Made by a program: the position numbers and the translations under genes. The notes beneath the pieces were generated by a model. The model saw nothing but the letters and a program-made list of their open reading frames with translations. It made no database searches and was not told the origin of the DNA. Shown here in pieces: positions 37,348 to 47,531 of a stretch of 51,030 bases of DNA (position 1 is its first letter; each line of letters opens with the position of its first letter). Source of the stretch: an uncultured Rubrobacteraceae bacterium (GTDB lineage: Bacteria; Actinomycetota; Rubrobacteria; Rubrobacterales; Rubrobacteraceae); contig CAXUFZ010000002.1 of the NCBI GenBank assembly GCA_964250345.1, positions 1 through 51,030 on the forward strand, written 5' to 3'.

Positions 37348-39912
37348 ATGCTTGATACTTTTTCGGGGAACATCCGTCCCCACTCCATAGAAGACGAGAT
37401 AAAGGATTCGTTCCTTTCTTACGCGATGAGCGTGATCGTCTCGCGCGCCCTCCCGGACGTGCGCGATGGCCTCAAGCCGGTCCACCGCCGCGTCCTCTAC
37501 GCGATGCACGACCTCGGCCTGCAGCCGAACCGCCCGTACCGCAAGAGCGCGACGGTCGTCGGCGAGGTCATCGGTAAGTACCACCCGCACGGCGACTCGG
37601 CCGTCTACGACACCCTGACCAGGCTGGCCCAGAGCTTCTCCATGCGCTACCCGCTCGTGGACGGCCAGGGCAACTTCGGCAGCGTCGACGGCGACCCGCC
37701 GGCGGCGATGAGGTACACCGAGGCGCGTCTCACGCGGATGGCGACGGAGATGCTACGGGACATAAGCTCCGACACGGTGGACTTTGTCCCGAACTTCGAC
37801 GAGAGCCAGCGCCAGCCCGACGTGTTGCCGGCGCGGTTCCCGAACCTGCTCGTCAACGGGTCCTCCGGCATCGCGGTCGGTATGGCGACCAATATTCCGC
37901 CGCACAACCTCGGCGAGGTCATAGACGCGACCGTCGCGCTCATAGACGACCCCGAGCTCGACGACGAGGACGTTGCCAGGCACATCAAGGGGCCCGACTT
38001 CCCGACGGGCGGCGTGATCGTTGGCCTGCGCGGCATCAAGGACGCGGTGACGACCGGGCGCGGGTCGGTGCGGGTGCAGGCGCGGGCCCACACGGAGCAG
38101 ATGCAGGGCAACCGGACCCAGATCGTGGTCTCGGAGATCCCTTACCAGGTCAACAAGCGCTACCTGCTGGAGAAGATCGCCGAACTGGTCAGGGACCGGA
38201 AGCTCACGGACATCTCGGGCCTGCGGGACGAGTCGGACCGGAACGGGATGCGGATCGTCATCGAGCTCAAGCGCGAGGCGGTGCCGAAGGTCGTCCTGAA
38301 CAACCTCTACAAACACACCCAGATGCAGCAGAGCTTCGGCGTGAACCTGGTAGCCCTCGTGGACGGCGTGCCGAAGACGCTCTCGTACAGGGAGGTCCTC
38401 AAGCACTACGTCGCCCACCAGTTCGACGTGGTGACGCGCCGGACGCGCTACGAGCTGGAGCGGGCCCAAGCCAGGGCCCACATCCTCGAAGGTTTGCTCA
38501 TCGCGCTCTCGAACCTGGACGAGGTCGTGGCGACCATCAGGAAGAGCCGGTCGGTCGAGACGGCACGCAACAACCTGATGAAGACCTTCAAGCTCTCCGA
38601 GCGGCAGGCGCAGGCGATCCTGGACTTGCGTTTGCAGAGGCTCACCGCGCTGGAGCGGCAGAAGGTCGAGCAGGAGCACAGGGACTTGATGGAGAAGATC
38701 GAGTACCTCCAGAGCGTCCTCGCCGACGACGGCAAGGTCTACGGCATCGTCAAGGACGAGCTCGCCGAGGTTCGCGCCGCCTACGCCGACGAGCGCCGCA
38801 CGGCCGTCACGGCCGAGGAGGGCGTGGACTTCGAGATAGAGGACCTGATCGCCGAGGAAGAGATGGTCATCTCCATCTCCAACGGCGGTTACTTGAAGAG
38901 CGTGCCGGTCAACACCTTCCGCAAGCAGGGCCGAGGCGGTATCGGCGTCGCCGGGATGGAGCTTAAAGAGGGCGATTACATAGATCACCTCTTCATCACG
39001 ACGACCCACCACTACATGCTCTTCTTCACCAACAGGGGCAAGGTGTACAGGCTCAAGGTGCACCAGCTCCCGAGGATGAGCCGGCAGGCCAAGGGGCGGC
39101 ACATCGCGAACCTTTTGCCGTTCGCGCAGGGGGAGAGGATCCAGACCGTCATCGCCACCAAGGAGTTCGACGAGGCCCAGTACTTGCTCTTCGCCACGAA
39201 GAACGGCGTCGTCAAGAAGACGAACTTCCTGGAGTACAACACGCCGCTCAAGAGCGACGGGATCATCGCGATCAACCTGGCCGACGACGACGAGCTCATC
39301 GCCGTCCGCGAGGTCTCCGAGGGCGCCGACGTGATCATGGTGAGCCGCAACGGTAAGGGCATCCGCTTCAAGCAGACCGACGCGAGGCCGATGGGCCGGG
39401 CCACCGCCGGCGTCAAGGGCCTCACGCTCGGCCGGGACGACGTCGTCCTCAGCATGGACGTCGTTAGCGACGACGCGGCGGACCTGTTCCTGATCACCGA
39501 GAAGGGCTTCGGCAAGCGCACCGCCCTCTCCCAGTTCCGCCCCCAGGGACGCGGCGGTCAGGGCGTCATAGCCCTCAAGACCGACGGCGAACGCGGCAAG
39601 CTCAAGGGCGTCAGGGTGGTACGTCCCGGCCTGCACGAGCTGGTTATAGTCTCGAACCTCGGGACGACCATCCGCATAGACGCGGACTCCGTCTCGCAGC
39701 AGGGGCGTGCGGCGCAGGGCGTGCGGGTAATGAACCTGCGCAGCGGCGACTCCGTGAGCGCGCTGGCGAAGGTCGCGGCGTCGAGGTCAGCGGACGCTGA
39801 CGGGGCGACAGACGAGCTGTCGCTCGAGGAGCTCACGGGCGAGGAGATCATCAACGAGTCGGCGGCCGGGTTGCCGGAGGCGAACGGCGATGGGAGGGTG
39901 GATGGCGCATAA
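37348..39912 (+). CDS. gyrA: DNA gyrase subunit A
   Basis: [31 protein letters not shown], GyrA-box QGRGGIG, C-terminal beta-pinwheel repeats. Confidence 0.98.
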   Translation: MLDTFSGNIRPHSIEDEIKDSFLSYAMSVIVSRALPDVRDGLKPVHRRVLYAMHDLGLQPNRPYRKSATVVGEVIGKYHPHGDSAVYDTLTRLAQSFSMRYPLVDGQGNFGSVDGDPPAAMRYTEARLTRMATEMLRDISSDTVDFVPNFDESQRQPDVLPARFPNLLVNGSSGIAVGMATNIPPHNLGEVIDATVALIDDPELDDEDVARHIKGPDFPTGGVIVGLRGIKDAVTTGRGSVRVQARAHTEQMQGNRTQIVVSEIPYQVNKRYLLEKIAELVRDRKLTDISGLRDESDRNGMRIVIELKREAVPKVVLNNLYKHTQMQQSFGVNLVALVDGVPKTLSYREVLKHYVAHQFDVVTRRTRYELERAQARAHILEGLLIALSNLDEVVATIRKSRSVETARNNLMKTFKLSERQAQAILDLRLQRLTALERQKVEQEHRDLMEKIEYLQSVLADDGKVYGIVKDELAEVRAAYADERRTAVTAEEGVDFEIEDLIAEEEMVISISNGGYLKSVPVNTFRKQGRGGIGVAGMELKEGDYIDHLFITTTHHYMLFFTNRGKVYRLKVHQLPRMSRQAKGRHIANLLPFAQGERIQTVIATKEFDEAQYLLFATKNGVVKKTNFLEYNTPLKSDGIIAINLADDDELIAVREVSEGADVIMVSRNGKGIRFKQTDARPMGRATAGVKGLTLGRDDVVLSMDVVSDDAADLFLITEKGFGKRTALSQFRPQGRGGQGVIALKTDGERGKLKGVRVVRPGLHELVIVSNLGTTIRIDADSVSQQGRAAQGVRVMNLRSGDSVSALAKVAASRSADADGATDELSLEELTGEEIINESAAGLPEANGDGRVDGA

Positions 39913-40318
39913 AGACTGCGACGGCGTGGTCGAGTGCACCGCACTCGTCCTCGCCGAGAGTTGCTCCGAGCTCGACGGCCGGCTCACGCTCTTCGGCATC
40001 CTCGATGAGATCCGGCCGGCCGAGAGCGGCGAGACCTCGTTCGTCGTCTACACCAAGTTCGAGGGCTGCGAGCACGCCACCGACACCGAGCGCCAGGCCC
40101 GCCTCGTCATCACCGACGAGGACGGAGACGTGATCGTCGAGTCCGACGACTACCCCGTCTGGTTCGCCGACGCCGAGGACCCGGCGACCATAGTGGCGGC
40201 CTTCGAGCTGCCGGAGAACTTTACCGACGGTGAGGGCATCCTCTGGGTCGAGGCCGTCCTCGACGACGAGACGCTCTCCCAGACCGCGGTAAGAATCCAT
40301 GACCGTTACAGTGTGTAA
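39902..40318 (+). CDS. Hypothetical acidic all-beta protein overlapping the gyrA stop
   Basis: ATG 39902 with GGGAGG upstream; strong GC3 bias; followed by a terminator. Confidence 0.7.
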   Translation: MAHKDCDGVVECTALVLAESCSELDGRLTLFGILDEIRPAESGETSFVVYTKFEGCEHATDTERQARLVITDEDGDVIVESDDYPVWFADAEDPATIVAAFELPENFTDGEGILWVEAVLDDETLSQTAVRIHDRYSV

Positions 40319-40328
40319 ATAGACCGAC

Positions 40329-40360
40329 GAGAGGCCCGGATTTCCGGGCCTCTCTCATTT
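40329..40360 (+). terminator. Rho-independent terminator-like hairpin
   Basis: GAGAGGCCCGGA-TT-TCCGGGCCTCTC then TCATTT. Confidence 0.7.
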
Positions 40361-40376
40361 GTGAGGAAAACAAACC

Positions 40377-41591
40377 ATGCCCGAAGATCTGGCAATATTC
40401 ATCGACTGGGAGAACATCTACATCTCCACGGTCACCGAGTACAAATCCAAGCCGAACGTCTCGGCGATTCTGGAAAAATCCCGCGAGTACGGCCGCATAG
40501 TCTCGGCCACCGCGTACGCGGACTGGACGGAGGGCGATTTCCGCCAGGCGCCGCCGACGCTCTACTCCAACGGCATCTCGCCGCGCTACATCTCCGCCCG
40601 CTACTTCCCCGGCGGCAAGGCCTCCAAGCGGCGGACCAACTCGATAGACGTGATGCTGGCCGTGGAGTGCTCGGACTTTCTGCACAACCACCCACAGGTC
40701 GATACCTACGTGCTGGTTACGGGGGACGGGGACTTTATCCCCCTCGTGAGCCTGCTCAGGAGCCAGGGTAAGAACGTGGTGGTGATCGGGGTTTCCGAGG
40801 CGACGTCCTACCACCTGATCGAATCCGCCGACCACTTCATCTCCTACGCCTCGCTGCTCGAAGAGGACCGGGCGGCCCGCGTCAGCGACAAGGAGCCGAA
40901 GAAGGAGAAAGCCGACCCGTACAAGGAGCTCGTGAGGGCGGTCGAGACGTTGAAGAAGGGCGGCAGGCCGCGCGTCCTCGGCCAGGTGAAGCAGCAGATG
41001 ATCGTACAGCTAGGCTCCTTCGACGAGCGCAACGCGGGCTTCAAGAAGTTCAAGGACTTCGTCGTCGAGGCCGAGCGCCGCAACCTCGTCAACACGGTGG
41101 ACCAGGACCTCGAACTCCAGGTCTACCTCCCAAACGAGAAGGTCCCGGACCTCAACGACGCCGACCTCGCCTCCGAGGACCCGAAGGAGGAGGCCGCCGC
41201 GAGGCAGCCCGCCTCCCAAGGCCGGAGCAACGGCGGACGCGGCAGCCAGGACGGCGACCGCAGCGGCGGGGGCCAACAGGCCGACAGCCCCGATTTCGAC
41301 CTGCTGGAGGACCTGACGCCCTACGAGCTCACGACGGTCTGCAAGAGCGTGGACTCGCTGGGGCAGCCGGCCTCGTTCGTGGAGATCTTCTCCAGCATCC
41401 GCGAGCTCGACGAGCGCGGCGAGCTGGAGCTCTCGCGCGACGAGATCGGCGAGGTCATCAACGCGATGCTCGAATCCGACTTCCTCAACAAGGTCCGCCA
41501 GAAGCCCTACGAAGCCGCCAAAGCCGACATGACCCTCTACGCCCTGAACACCGACAAGGGAGAGGTCCAGAGCGCCCTAAACGGCGGTTGA
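40377..41591 (+). CDS. NYN (LabA/DUF88, PIN-like) domain protein with OST-HTH/LOTUS domain
   Basis: AIFIDWENI, DVMLAVE, LVTGDGDFIPLVSLLRSQGK.V; LGQVKQ..SFDERNAGFKKFKDF. Confidence 0.87.
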   Translation: MPEDLAIFIDWENIYISTVTEYKSKPNVSAILEKSREYGRIVSATAYADWTEGDFRQAPPTLYSNGISPRYISARYFPGGKASKRRTNSIDVMLAVECSDFLHNHPQVDTYVLVTGDGDFIPLVSLLRSQGKNVVVIGVSEATSYHLIESADHFISYASLLEEDRAARVSDKEPKKEKADPYKELVRAVETLKKGGRPRVLGQVKQQMIVQLGSFDERNAGFKKFKDFVVEAERRNLVNTVDQDLELQVYLPNEKVPDLNDADLASEDPKEEAAARQPASQGRSNGGRGSQDGDRSGGGQQADSPDFDLLEDLTPYELTTVCKSVDSLGQPASFVEIFSSIRELDERGELELSRDEIGEVINAMLESDFLNKVRQKPYEAAKADMTLYALNTDKGEVQSALNGG

Positions 41592-41603
41592 CACTTTCCG
41601 CGG

Positions 41604-42368
41604 TTGCAGCCTGACCGTCTCCCGGAACCCGCAAGGTCCGTCGCCGGGGAGGTGGCGGAGCAGTTGGCGAAAGGTGGCGCGGAGGCGGTCGTCCTCGCCG
41701 GCAGCCAGGCCCGCGTCGACGCCGGTCCAGAATCCGATCTAGACGTCTACGCCGTCGGACCGGAGACGTACGAGTTTAGGCTGGAGCGTCGGGGCGGCCT
41801 GCTGGTCTCGATCAGCTCGCGGTCCTTCGACGCGTACCGCGAATCGTTCGACGACCCAGGCTCCGTCTGCAAAGCCGTTCCCGGCTGGCGAGAGGTCATC
41901 CCGATCCACGACCCCGAGGGGCTCGCGGCGGCGCTGATCCACGAGGCGCAGCGGTGGCGCTGGGGGCCGATGAAGGAACGCTGCGACCGTTGGGCGGCCG
42001 AAGAGATCACGTCCCTGGCCGAAGAGGTCCACAAGCTCGTAACGGTGCCCCAAAACGGGAACCGTTCGGGCGCTTCCATCCAGCGCTCGCTGCTCGCCAT
42101 GCATCTTGCGCCGATCCTCGCCGTTCACCGGCGCATCCTCTACGGGTCCGAGAACCGGCTGTGGGATCTCGTATCAGAGGCGATGGGGGAGGGGTGGCGG
42201 CGAGCTCAGAACACCGCACTCGGGCTCGGCGGCGAACCGTTCGAGCAGACCTGCGAGGCCGCGTTGCGGCTGTACGCCCTCGCGGTCGAAGAGGTCGATC
42301 CCCTCTTCGACGAACGCCAAAGAGGAGTCGTAAGGCACGCCCGCAAACTCATCAATGGCGCGTCTTGA
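41604..42368 (+). CDS. Pol-beta-superfamily nucleotidyltransferase (kanamycin nucleotidyltransferase-like architecture)
   Basis: LAGSQAR....ESDLD motif plus helical C-terminal domain. Confidence 0.7.
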   Translation: MQPDRLPEPARSVAGEVAEQLAKGGAEAVVLAGSQARVDAGPESDLDVYAVGPETYEFRLERRGGLLVSISSRSFDAYRESFDDPGSVCKAVPGWREVIPIHDPEGLAAALIHEAQRWRWGPMKERCDRWAAEEITSLAEEVHKLVTVPQNGNRSGASIQRSLLAMHLAPILAVHRRILYGSENRLWDLVSEAMGEGWRRAQNTALGLGGEPFEQTCEAALRLYALAVEEVDPLFDERQRGVVRHARKLINGAS

Positions 42369-42474
42369 CATCGGTTAGCAGGGAGCGCCGAAACGCCTCG
42401 CGGGCGAGACGCCCGCGGTCCCAGAACGGTCTTGACAACTCCCGACTTACTACTCCCAGGGGTCAAGCGAACCG

Positions 42475-42765
42475 CTAATCGGCGAGGCGGTAGACCGTGA
42501 GGCGCGCGAGGACAAGGGCGGCGGAGATCTGGACGACCGAGAGGCCGAGCGTTAACAGTACCTGCGCGGCGGACGAGCTGGTGAAGATGACGTAGAGGAA
42601 GCCTATGAAGGTGAAGCCGACGGCGAACCAGAGGCCGGCCTGGACCTTGTGGCCCGGGCCGCCTTCGCTCCAGATGGCGGTCCCAATCAGGGCCGGGACG
42701 TAGAAGGCCAGGATCATGGGCACCAGCCGCAGCATCACAACCAGAATGTCAAGCGCGTCTTCCAC
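42475..42765 (-). CDS. Small 3-TM membrane protein (leaderless)
   Basis: Three hydrophobic helices; TAGACT 7 nt before the GTG. Confidence 0.7.
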   Translation of the reverse strand: MEDALDILVVMLRLVPMILAFYVPALIGTAIWSEGGPGHKVQAGLWFAVGFTFIGFLYVIFTSSSAAQVLLTLGLSVVQISAALVLARLTVYRLAD

Positions 42766-42884
42766 GACGTCTAGTCTATAACATGTGCCGATCAGCCTAC
42801 ATTATGGATGGAAAAATACTGGAAACTTGTGCGGCGTACATGTACGCTAGTACACTTGAACCATTCAATGGAGGCGGTGGGTGC

Positions 42885-43259
42885 GTGGGCATAAATCAGA
42901 GGGTCTCGCTCAGGAAGTTCGTCGGGGACATCCGGCGCTGGGTGGACGAGGGCAGGAGCGACGAGTGGATCGCCAGCGCCCTCGGCACGAGCCCCTCTTC
43001 GGTCCAGTCCTTCCGCTCGCGCAACGCCATCTACCGGCGGGGCACGGGCTCCACGCTCAGCGACCCGGAGGACTACGCCGCCTACGAGGGCGTTCTCGAG
43101 ACCGGGGGCCCAGGGGTCTGGTTCGACCCCGGCATAGAAGATGACGCCCGCTGGCAGAAGCGCTGGGGCGGCGCCGAGCGCGTCGAGCTGCGCCTCACCC
43201 CGACCAAGATCGTGCTGGTGCGCCGCAACGGCAGCGCCCGCTTCCGCCCGGGCGCCTAG
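42885..43259 (+). CDS. Hypothetical protein with an N-terminal HTH-like segment
   Basis: RRWVDEGRSDEWIASALGTSPSSVQSFRSRN; GGAGG at 42870-42874, GTG 42885. Confidence 0.65.
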   Translation: MGINQRVSLRKFVGDIRRWVDEGRSDEWIASALGTSPSSVQSFRSRNAIYRRGTGSTLSDPEDYAAYEGVLETGGPGVWFDPGIEDDARWQKRWGGAERVELRLTPTKIVLVRRNGSARFRPGA

Positions 43260-43281
43260 CCCCTACGGTACAATCCTAAAG

Positions 43282-43661
43282 GGTTCGGGCCGTCCGACCC
43301 GCCGCTGCGTCGCGGGGTAACCTCTGGCGGCGTAGAGCAAAGTCCGGACTCGCAGCAGAGGCCGCTCGGGCCAACAACCCGAGGGGCGGGTGGGCGCAAG
43401 CCCCCCGCTACGTCAAGTGCAACAGAGAGCAGACCAGCCGATGGGTCGGAGCTTCGCTTCGATCACAGGTGATGGGTGAAAGGGTGGGGTAAGAGCCCAC
43501 CGGCGGTATCCCGAGAGGGACCGGCCAGGTAAACCACCGGTGCGAGCAAGCCAAAGTGTCCTCCGGGACTGGTAGGCGCAGCTCCGCAAGGAGCCCGGAG
43601 CAACAGCTTCGGAGATGGATGGTGGGATAAAGCAGAATCCGGCTTACGGGACGGCCCGGCC
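43282..43661 (+). ncRNA. rnpB: RNase P RNA (bacterial type A-like)
   Basis: P1 GGTTCGGGCCGTCC / GGACGGCCCGGCC; AAAGTCCGG and AGAATCCGGCTTA (P4); AAGTGCAACAGAGAGCAGACC; GGGTGAAAGGGTGGGGTAAGAGCCCAC; GGTAAACC; TACAAT -10 at 43269-43274. Confidence 0.93.
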
Positions 43662-43755
43662 TTGCAGGTAAAAAGTTTCGCGGTTCAGTCGCTTTCGAAC
43701 AAAGCGACTCGCTTGCCAAGGTCCCTAGGATTACCGCCGATCCGGGGATGCCCCG

Positions 43756-44571
43756 CTAGCGGCTTGGTCGGGTGGTGATCCCCGGTTTGGGGTCCGGGTC
43801 CCTTTGCGCTTCGCAGTCGGCGGCGATGACGTCGCCGGGGTCGCGGTAGACCACGTCTTCTCCATCGCCGCAGATCACCGTGTCGTCGGTCTCTCCGTCG
43901 TCGACGAGGATGCGGTCGTCTCCGCCCCGCCCCCAGACGGCGTCTTCTCCCTTGCCGAGCTCCCTGATGCCGACGGCTAGAAGGTTGTCGGCCGCGTTGC
44001 CGTAGAGGCGGTTGCTGGTAAATCCCGGGGCGCCCAGTTGCACGCTGCCTACCGCGTCGTCCTCCCACCCGATGGTCGCGGTTCCCTTGCCGTTGCTGGC
44101 CTCCGGGCCGGGCCCCGACTCCAGGTCGATGACCAGGTTCGTGGGGGTTTCCGGGAGGAAAAAGAGCGAGTTGGGGGCGAGGTCTTCGGGATTGGGGGCG
44201 TCGGAGTCCTCGATAGTGTCTCGACCCCACCCGTTGGAGTAGTACATGAACTCGTCGGCGCCGCGCCCCCCGACGAGTAGGTCGGCCCCGAGGCCGCCCT
44301 CGAAGAAGTCCCCGTCGTTGCCGCCCTCAAGGATGTCGCGTCCGGGCTGGCCGATCAGGAGGTCCCTGCCGGCGAAGCCGCGGATCGTATCGGACCCGCC
44401 CCGCCCGTACATCTTGTTCGCCGCTTCATCGCCCGTCATGAGGTCGGGCCCGGCGGTGCCGTCGCAGTTGGACCTGCCCTCGCAGCGGATGCCGTTCGCC
44501 GCGAGGGCCGTGCCCCCCACCGACACGACGAGCACCATCGTCGCGAACAGCAAGAAAATCCTACGCCTCAT
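43756..44571 (-). CDS. Secreted calcium-binding protein with RTX/hemolysin-type repeats
   Basis: Signal peptide; GGxGxDxUx nonapeptides (GRGGSDTIR, GGNDGDFFE, GGLGADLLV, GGRGADEF). Confidence 0.85.
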   Translation of the reverse strand: MRRRIFLLFATMVLVVSVGGTALAANGIRCEGRSNCDGTAGPDLMTGDEAANKMYGRGGSDTIRGFAGRDLLIGQPGRDILEGGNDGDFFEGGLGADLLVGGRGADEFMYYSNGWGRDTIEDSDAPNPEDLAPNSLFFLPETPTNLVIDLESGPGPEASNGKGTATIGWEDDAVGSVQLGAPGFTSNRLYGNAADNLLAVGIRELGKGEDAVWGRGGDDRILVDDGETDDTVICGDGEDVVYRDPGDVIAADCEAQRDPDPKPGITTRPSR

Positions 44572-44929
44572 GCTTACTCCTCACGTCGTGGGGCCCCGGT
44601 TGCCCGTTTCTTCGGTGGTTCGGCGCCTACCCAGGCGCCAGAGCAGAATGATAGCTAGGGGAGCCCGGCCGCGCCACGCGAAAACGTGACCAAACGGCCG
44701 AGAAACACTGGCCGTTTGGACGTGGGAGATCTTCTTCCGAGAATGGGCGTGGTGTTGCGGACGCCGGCGCTCGGGACCGGGGCTACACGGACCGCTCGAC
44801 GCGCGTCCGTACCCCAGAACTTCCAGAACCGATTCACAGAATGGCATTGACCCATCGCATATACTCCAAGCACTGAGAAAGCGTCCGAAGTTACGAGAGA
44901 TTACAAGCATCTAGACGGGAGAACGAAGC

Positions 44930-45700
44930 TTGTCAGCGATAGCATCCGCTTGGAAGAGGTTGCCTTGGTGGGTCGAGCCGGCGGCCGTTGTGTTGGTGTT
45001 GAGCGTTTTCGGTCTGTATTCGTTTGTCGCGATCGCGCTGTTCCCGGGCGAGTTCAGGCAGTTCGTCTCCCCGTTCTACTCGCCCGAGGTTCCGCTGCCT
45101 AACTGGATGCCGGCGTTCGTGACGGCGCCGATGCTGGTGCTTTGGATACCGCTCGGGTTCAGGGCGACCTGCTACTACTACCGGAAGGCCTACTACCGGG
45201 CTTTCTTCTTCGACCCGCCGGCGTGCCGAACCGACGTGCAGCAGAAGGACCGCTTCTGGGCCGGCAAGAACGCAGCCGAGGGGTACAGGGGTGAGCGGGC
45301 GCTCTTCGTCTGGAACAACGTGCATCGGTACTTCCTCTACGCCTCGATCATCGTGGTCCTGTTCCTGTGGTACGAGGCTTTCGTGACGCTGTTCGGGCCA
45401 CAGGGGTTCCAGGTCAGCGTCGGCTCGCTGCTCTGGTTCGTGAACATCGTGCTGCTGTCGGCGTACACGTTCTCTTGCCACTCCTTCCGGCACCTGATCG
45501 GCGGCAACAAGGACTGCTACTCGTGCATCCGGGGCGGGAACGCGCGACGCAAGACCTACAACTTCGTGAGCCGGCTGAACGCCAGGCATCCCAACTACGC
45601 CTGGTACAGCCTGTTCTCGTTGCTGGTGACCGACCTGTATCTGCGGTTGATGCAGACGGGCGTCATAACCGACTTCGTATTGATCCCCTTCGGCGGCTAG
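44930..45700 (+). CDS. Succinate dehydrogenase membrane anchor, Sdh1 (Rv0249c-like) type
   Basis: SPFYSP, PLGFRATCYYYRKAYYR.FF.DPPAC, NVHRYF, YTFSCHSFRH motifs; precedes sdhA. Confidence 0.82.
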   Translation: MSAIASAWKRLPWWVEPAAVVLVLSVFGLYSFVAIALFPGEFRQFVSPFYSPEVPLPNWMPAFVTAPMLVLWIPLGFRATCYYYRKAYYRAFFFDPPACRTDVQQKDRFWAGKNAAEGYRGERALFVWNNVHRYFLYASIIVVLFLWYEAFVTLFGPQGFQVSVGSLLWFVNIVLLSAYTFSCHSFRHLIGGNKDCYSCIRGGNARRKTYNFVSRLNARHPNYAWYSLFSLLVTDLYLRLMQTGVITDFVLIPFGG

Positions 45701-45715
45701 GCAGGGAGGCACCTG

Positions 45716-47515
45716 ATGCAGAGAGACGGACACCAGAACGGCAGTCGAGAGCGCTACGAGGTCCGCGAACACGACGTCCTCATAATCGGCGCCGGCGGCG
45801 CGGGCCTTCGGGCCGCGGTCTCGGCGACGCAGCGCGGCCTCTCGGTCGGCATCGTGACGAAGTCCCTGCTCGGCAAGGCGCACACCGTGATGGCCGAGGG
45901 CGGCATGGCCGCGGCGCTCGGCAACGTCGACGGCGATGACTCCTGGCGTCAGCACTTTATCGACACGATGCGGAGCGGGAAGTTCATCAACAACTGGCGG
46001 ATGGCCGAGATCCACGCCAAGGAGAGCCCGGATAGGGTCTACGAGCTCGAGCAGTGGGGCGCGCTTTTCAACAGGACGCCCGAGGGCAAGATCTCCCAGA
46101 GGCCGTTCGGCGGCCACACGTACCGCCGCCTGGCGCACGTCGGCGACCGGACGGGCCTGGAGCTTATCCGCACGATGCAGGAGAAGGCCCTCGCCACCGA
46201 CGCCAAGGTCTACATGGAGACCACGGTCACAAAGCTCCTGAAGAACAACGGTCGCGTCGTCGGCGCGCTCGCCTACACCCGCGAGTCGGGCAAGTTCGTC
46301 CACTTCAAGGCGAAGGCCGTCGTGATGGCGACCGGCGGCTGGGGCCGCATCTTCAAGGTCACCTCGAACTCGTGGGAGGGCACCGGCGACGGCGTGGTGC
46401 TCTCGTACGACGCGGGCGCCGACCTCGTGGACATGGAGATGATGCAGTTCCATCCGACGGGGATGGTGTGGCCTCCGGGCGTGCGCGGCCTGCTTGTCAC
46501 GGAGGGCGTGCGCGGTGAGGGCGGCCTGCTCCGCAACTCCGAGGGCAAGCGCTACATGGAGAACTACGACGCGAAGAAGATGGAGCTGTCGACGCGCGAC
46601 GTCGTCGCCAGGGCCAACTACACGGAGGTCCAGGAGGGGCGCGGTTCGGAGCACGGCGGCGTGTATTTGGACATCACGCACCTCGGCTACGAGGGCATCA
46701 TGAAGAAGCTGCCGACGATGTACGAGCAGTTCAAGAACCTCGCGGACATAGACATCTCGCGCGAGCCGATGGAGGTCTTCCCGACCGTCCACTACACCAT
46801 GGGCGGCGTGAAGGTCGAGCCCGAGACCTGCGCGTCCAACGTGCCCGGCCTCTTTGCCGCGGGCGAGGTCGCCGGCGGGCTGCACGGGGCGAACCGCCTC
46901 GGCGGGAACTCTCTCTCGGACCTGCTCGTCTTCGGACGCAGGGCCGGGGAGGGGGCGTCGGACTACGTCGAGCAGAGCACGCACTCCGCCGAGATCGAGG
47001 AGCGGGAGCTTCTCGCGGAGATCGGGCGGGTCCTGGAGCCGCTGGAGAAGCGGGGGGACGGGGAGAGCCCGTACCTGATCCAGCAGGAGCTTCAGGCCGC
47101 CATGATGGAGCACGCCAACCTGATGCGCGACGGGGACTCCCTGAAAGAGGGCCTCGGCAAGATCCTCGCGCTCAAGGACAGGTTGCCCAGGGTCAGCGTG
47201 CCCGGTTCGCGTCTCTTCAACCCGGGCTGGCACACGGCGCAGGACGTCAGGTATCTGGTGCAGATCAGCGAGATCATCCTGAGGACCGCGCTGGAGCGCA
47301 CGGAGCGCCGCGGCGCCCAGTGGCGCCTCGATTACGACGGTCCCGACGACGAGCTCGGGGCGATCAACTTCATAGTTTCGAAGGACGAGCAGGGGGAGGT
47401 CGGCATAGAGCGGCGGGAGATGCCGTCGATGCCCGAGCACCTGTTCGAGCTGGTCAAGGAAGAAGTCCCGGACATGGCCGGCGGCGAGAAACAGGGCGCC
47501 GAGAGCCAGTTCTAG
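45716..47515 (+). CDS. sdhA: Succinate dehydrogenase/fumarate reductase flavoprotein subunit
   Basis: IIGAGGAG, AHTVMAEGG (covalent FAD His), QFHPTG, TEGVRGEGG, HYTMGG, HGANRLGGNSL. Confidence 0.95.
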   Translation: MQRDGHQNGSRERYEVREHDVLIIGAGGAGLRAAVSATQRGLSVGIVTKSLLGKAHTVMAEGGMAAALGNVDGDDSWRQHFIDTMRSGKFINNWRMAEIHAKESPDRVYELEQWGALFNRTPEGKISQRPFGGHTYRRLAHVGDRTGLELIRTMQEKALATDAKVYMETTVTKLLKNNGRVVGALAYTRESGKFVHFKAKAVVMATGGWGRIFKVTSNSWEGTGDGVVLSYDAGADLVDMEMMQFHPTGMVWPPGVRGLLVTEGVRGEGGLLRNSEGKRYMENYDAKKMELSTRDVVARANYTEVQEGRGSEHGGVYLDITHLGYEGIMKKLPTMYEQFKNLADIDISREPMEVFPTVHYTMGGVKVEPETCASNVPGLFAAGEVAGGLHGANRLGGNSLSDLLVFGRRAGEGASDYVEQSTHSAEIEERELLAEIGRVLEPLEKRGDGESPYLIQQELQAAMMEHANLMRDGDSLKEGLGKILALKDRLPRVSVPGSRLFNPGWHTAQDVRYLVQISEIILRTALERTERRGAQWRLDYDGPDDELGAINFIVSKDEQGEVGIERREMPSMPEHLFELVKEEVPDMAGGEKQGAESQF

Positions 47516-47531
47516 TTAGAGGAGAGAGTCT

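Noticed and set aside
43408-43719. 103-aa minus-strand ORF (and the 3' part of 48377..49336)
   Set aside because: Antisense to rnpB, and overlapping NUDIX/tRNA-Gly respectively; not coding
44847-44865. TTGACC/TATACT as a sigma-70 promoter pair for sdh
   Set aside because: The spacing is only 7 nt; TATACT alone may still be the -10 but the pair is not valid
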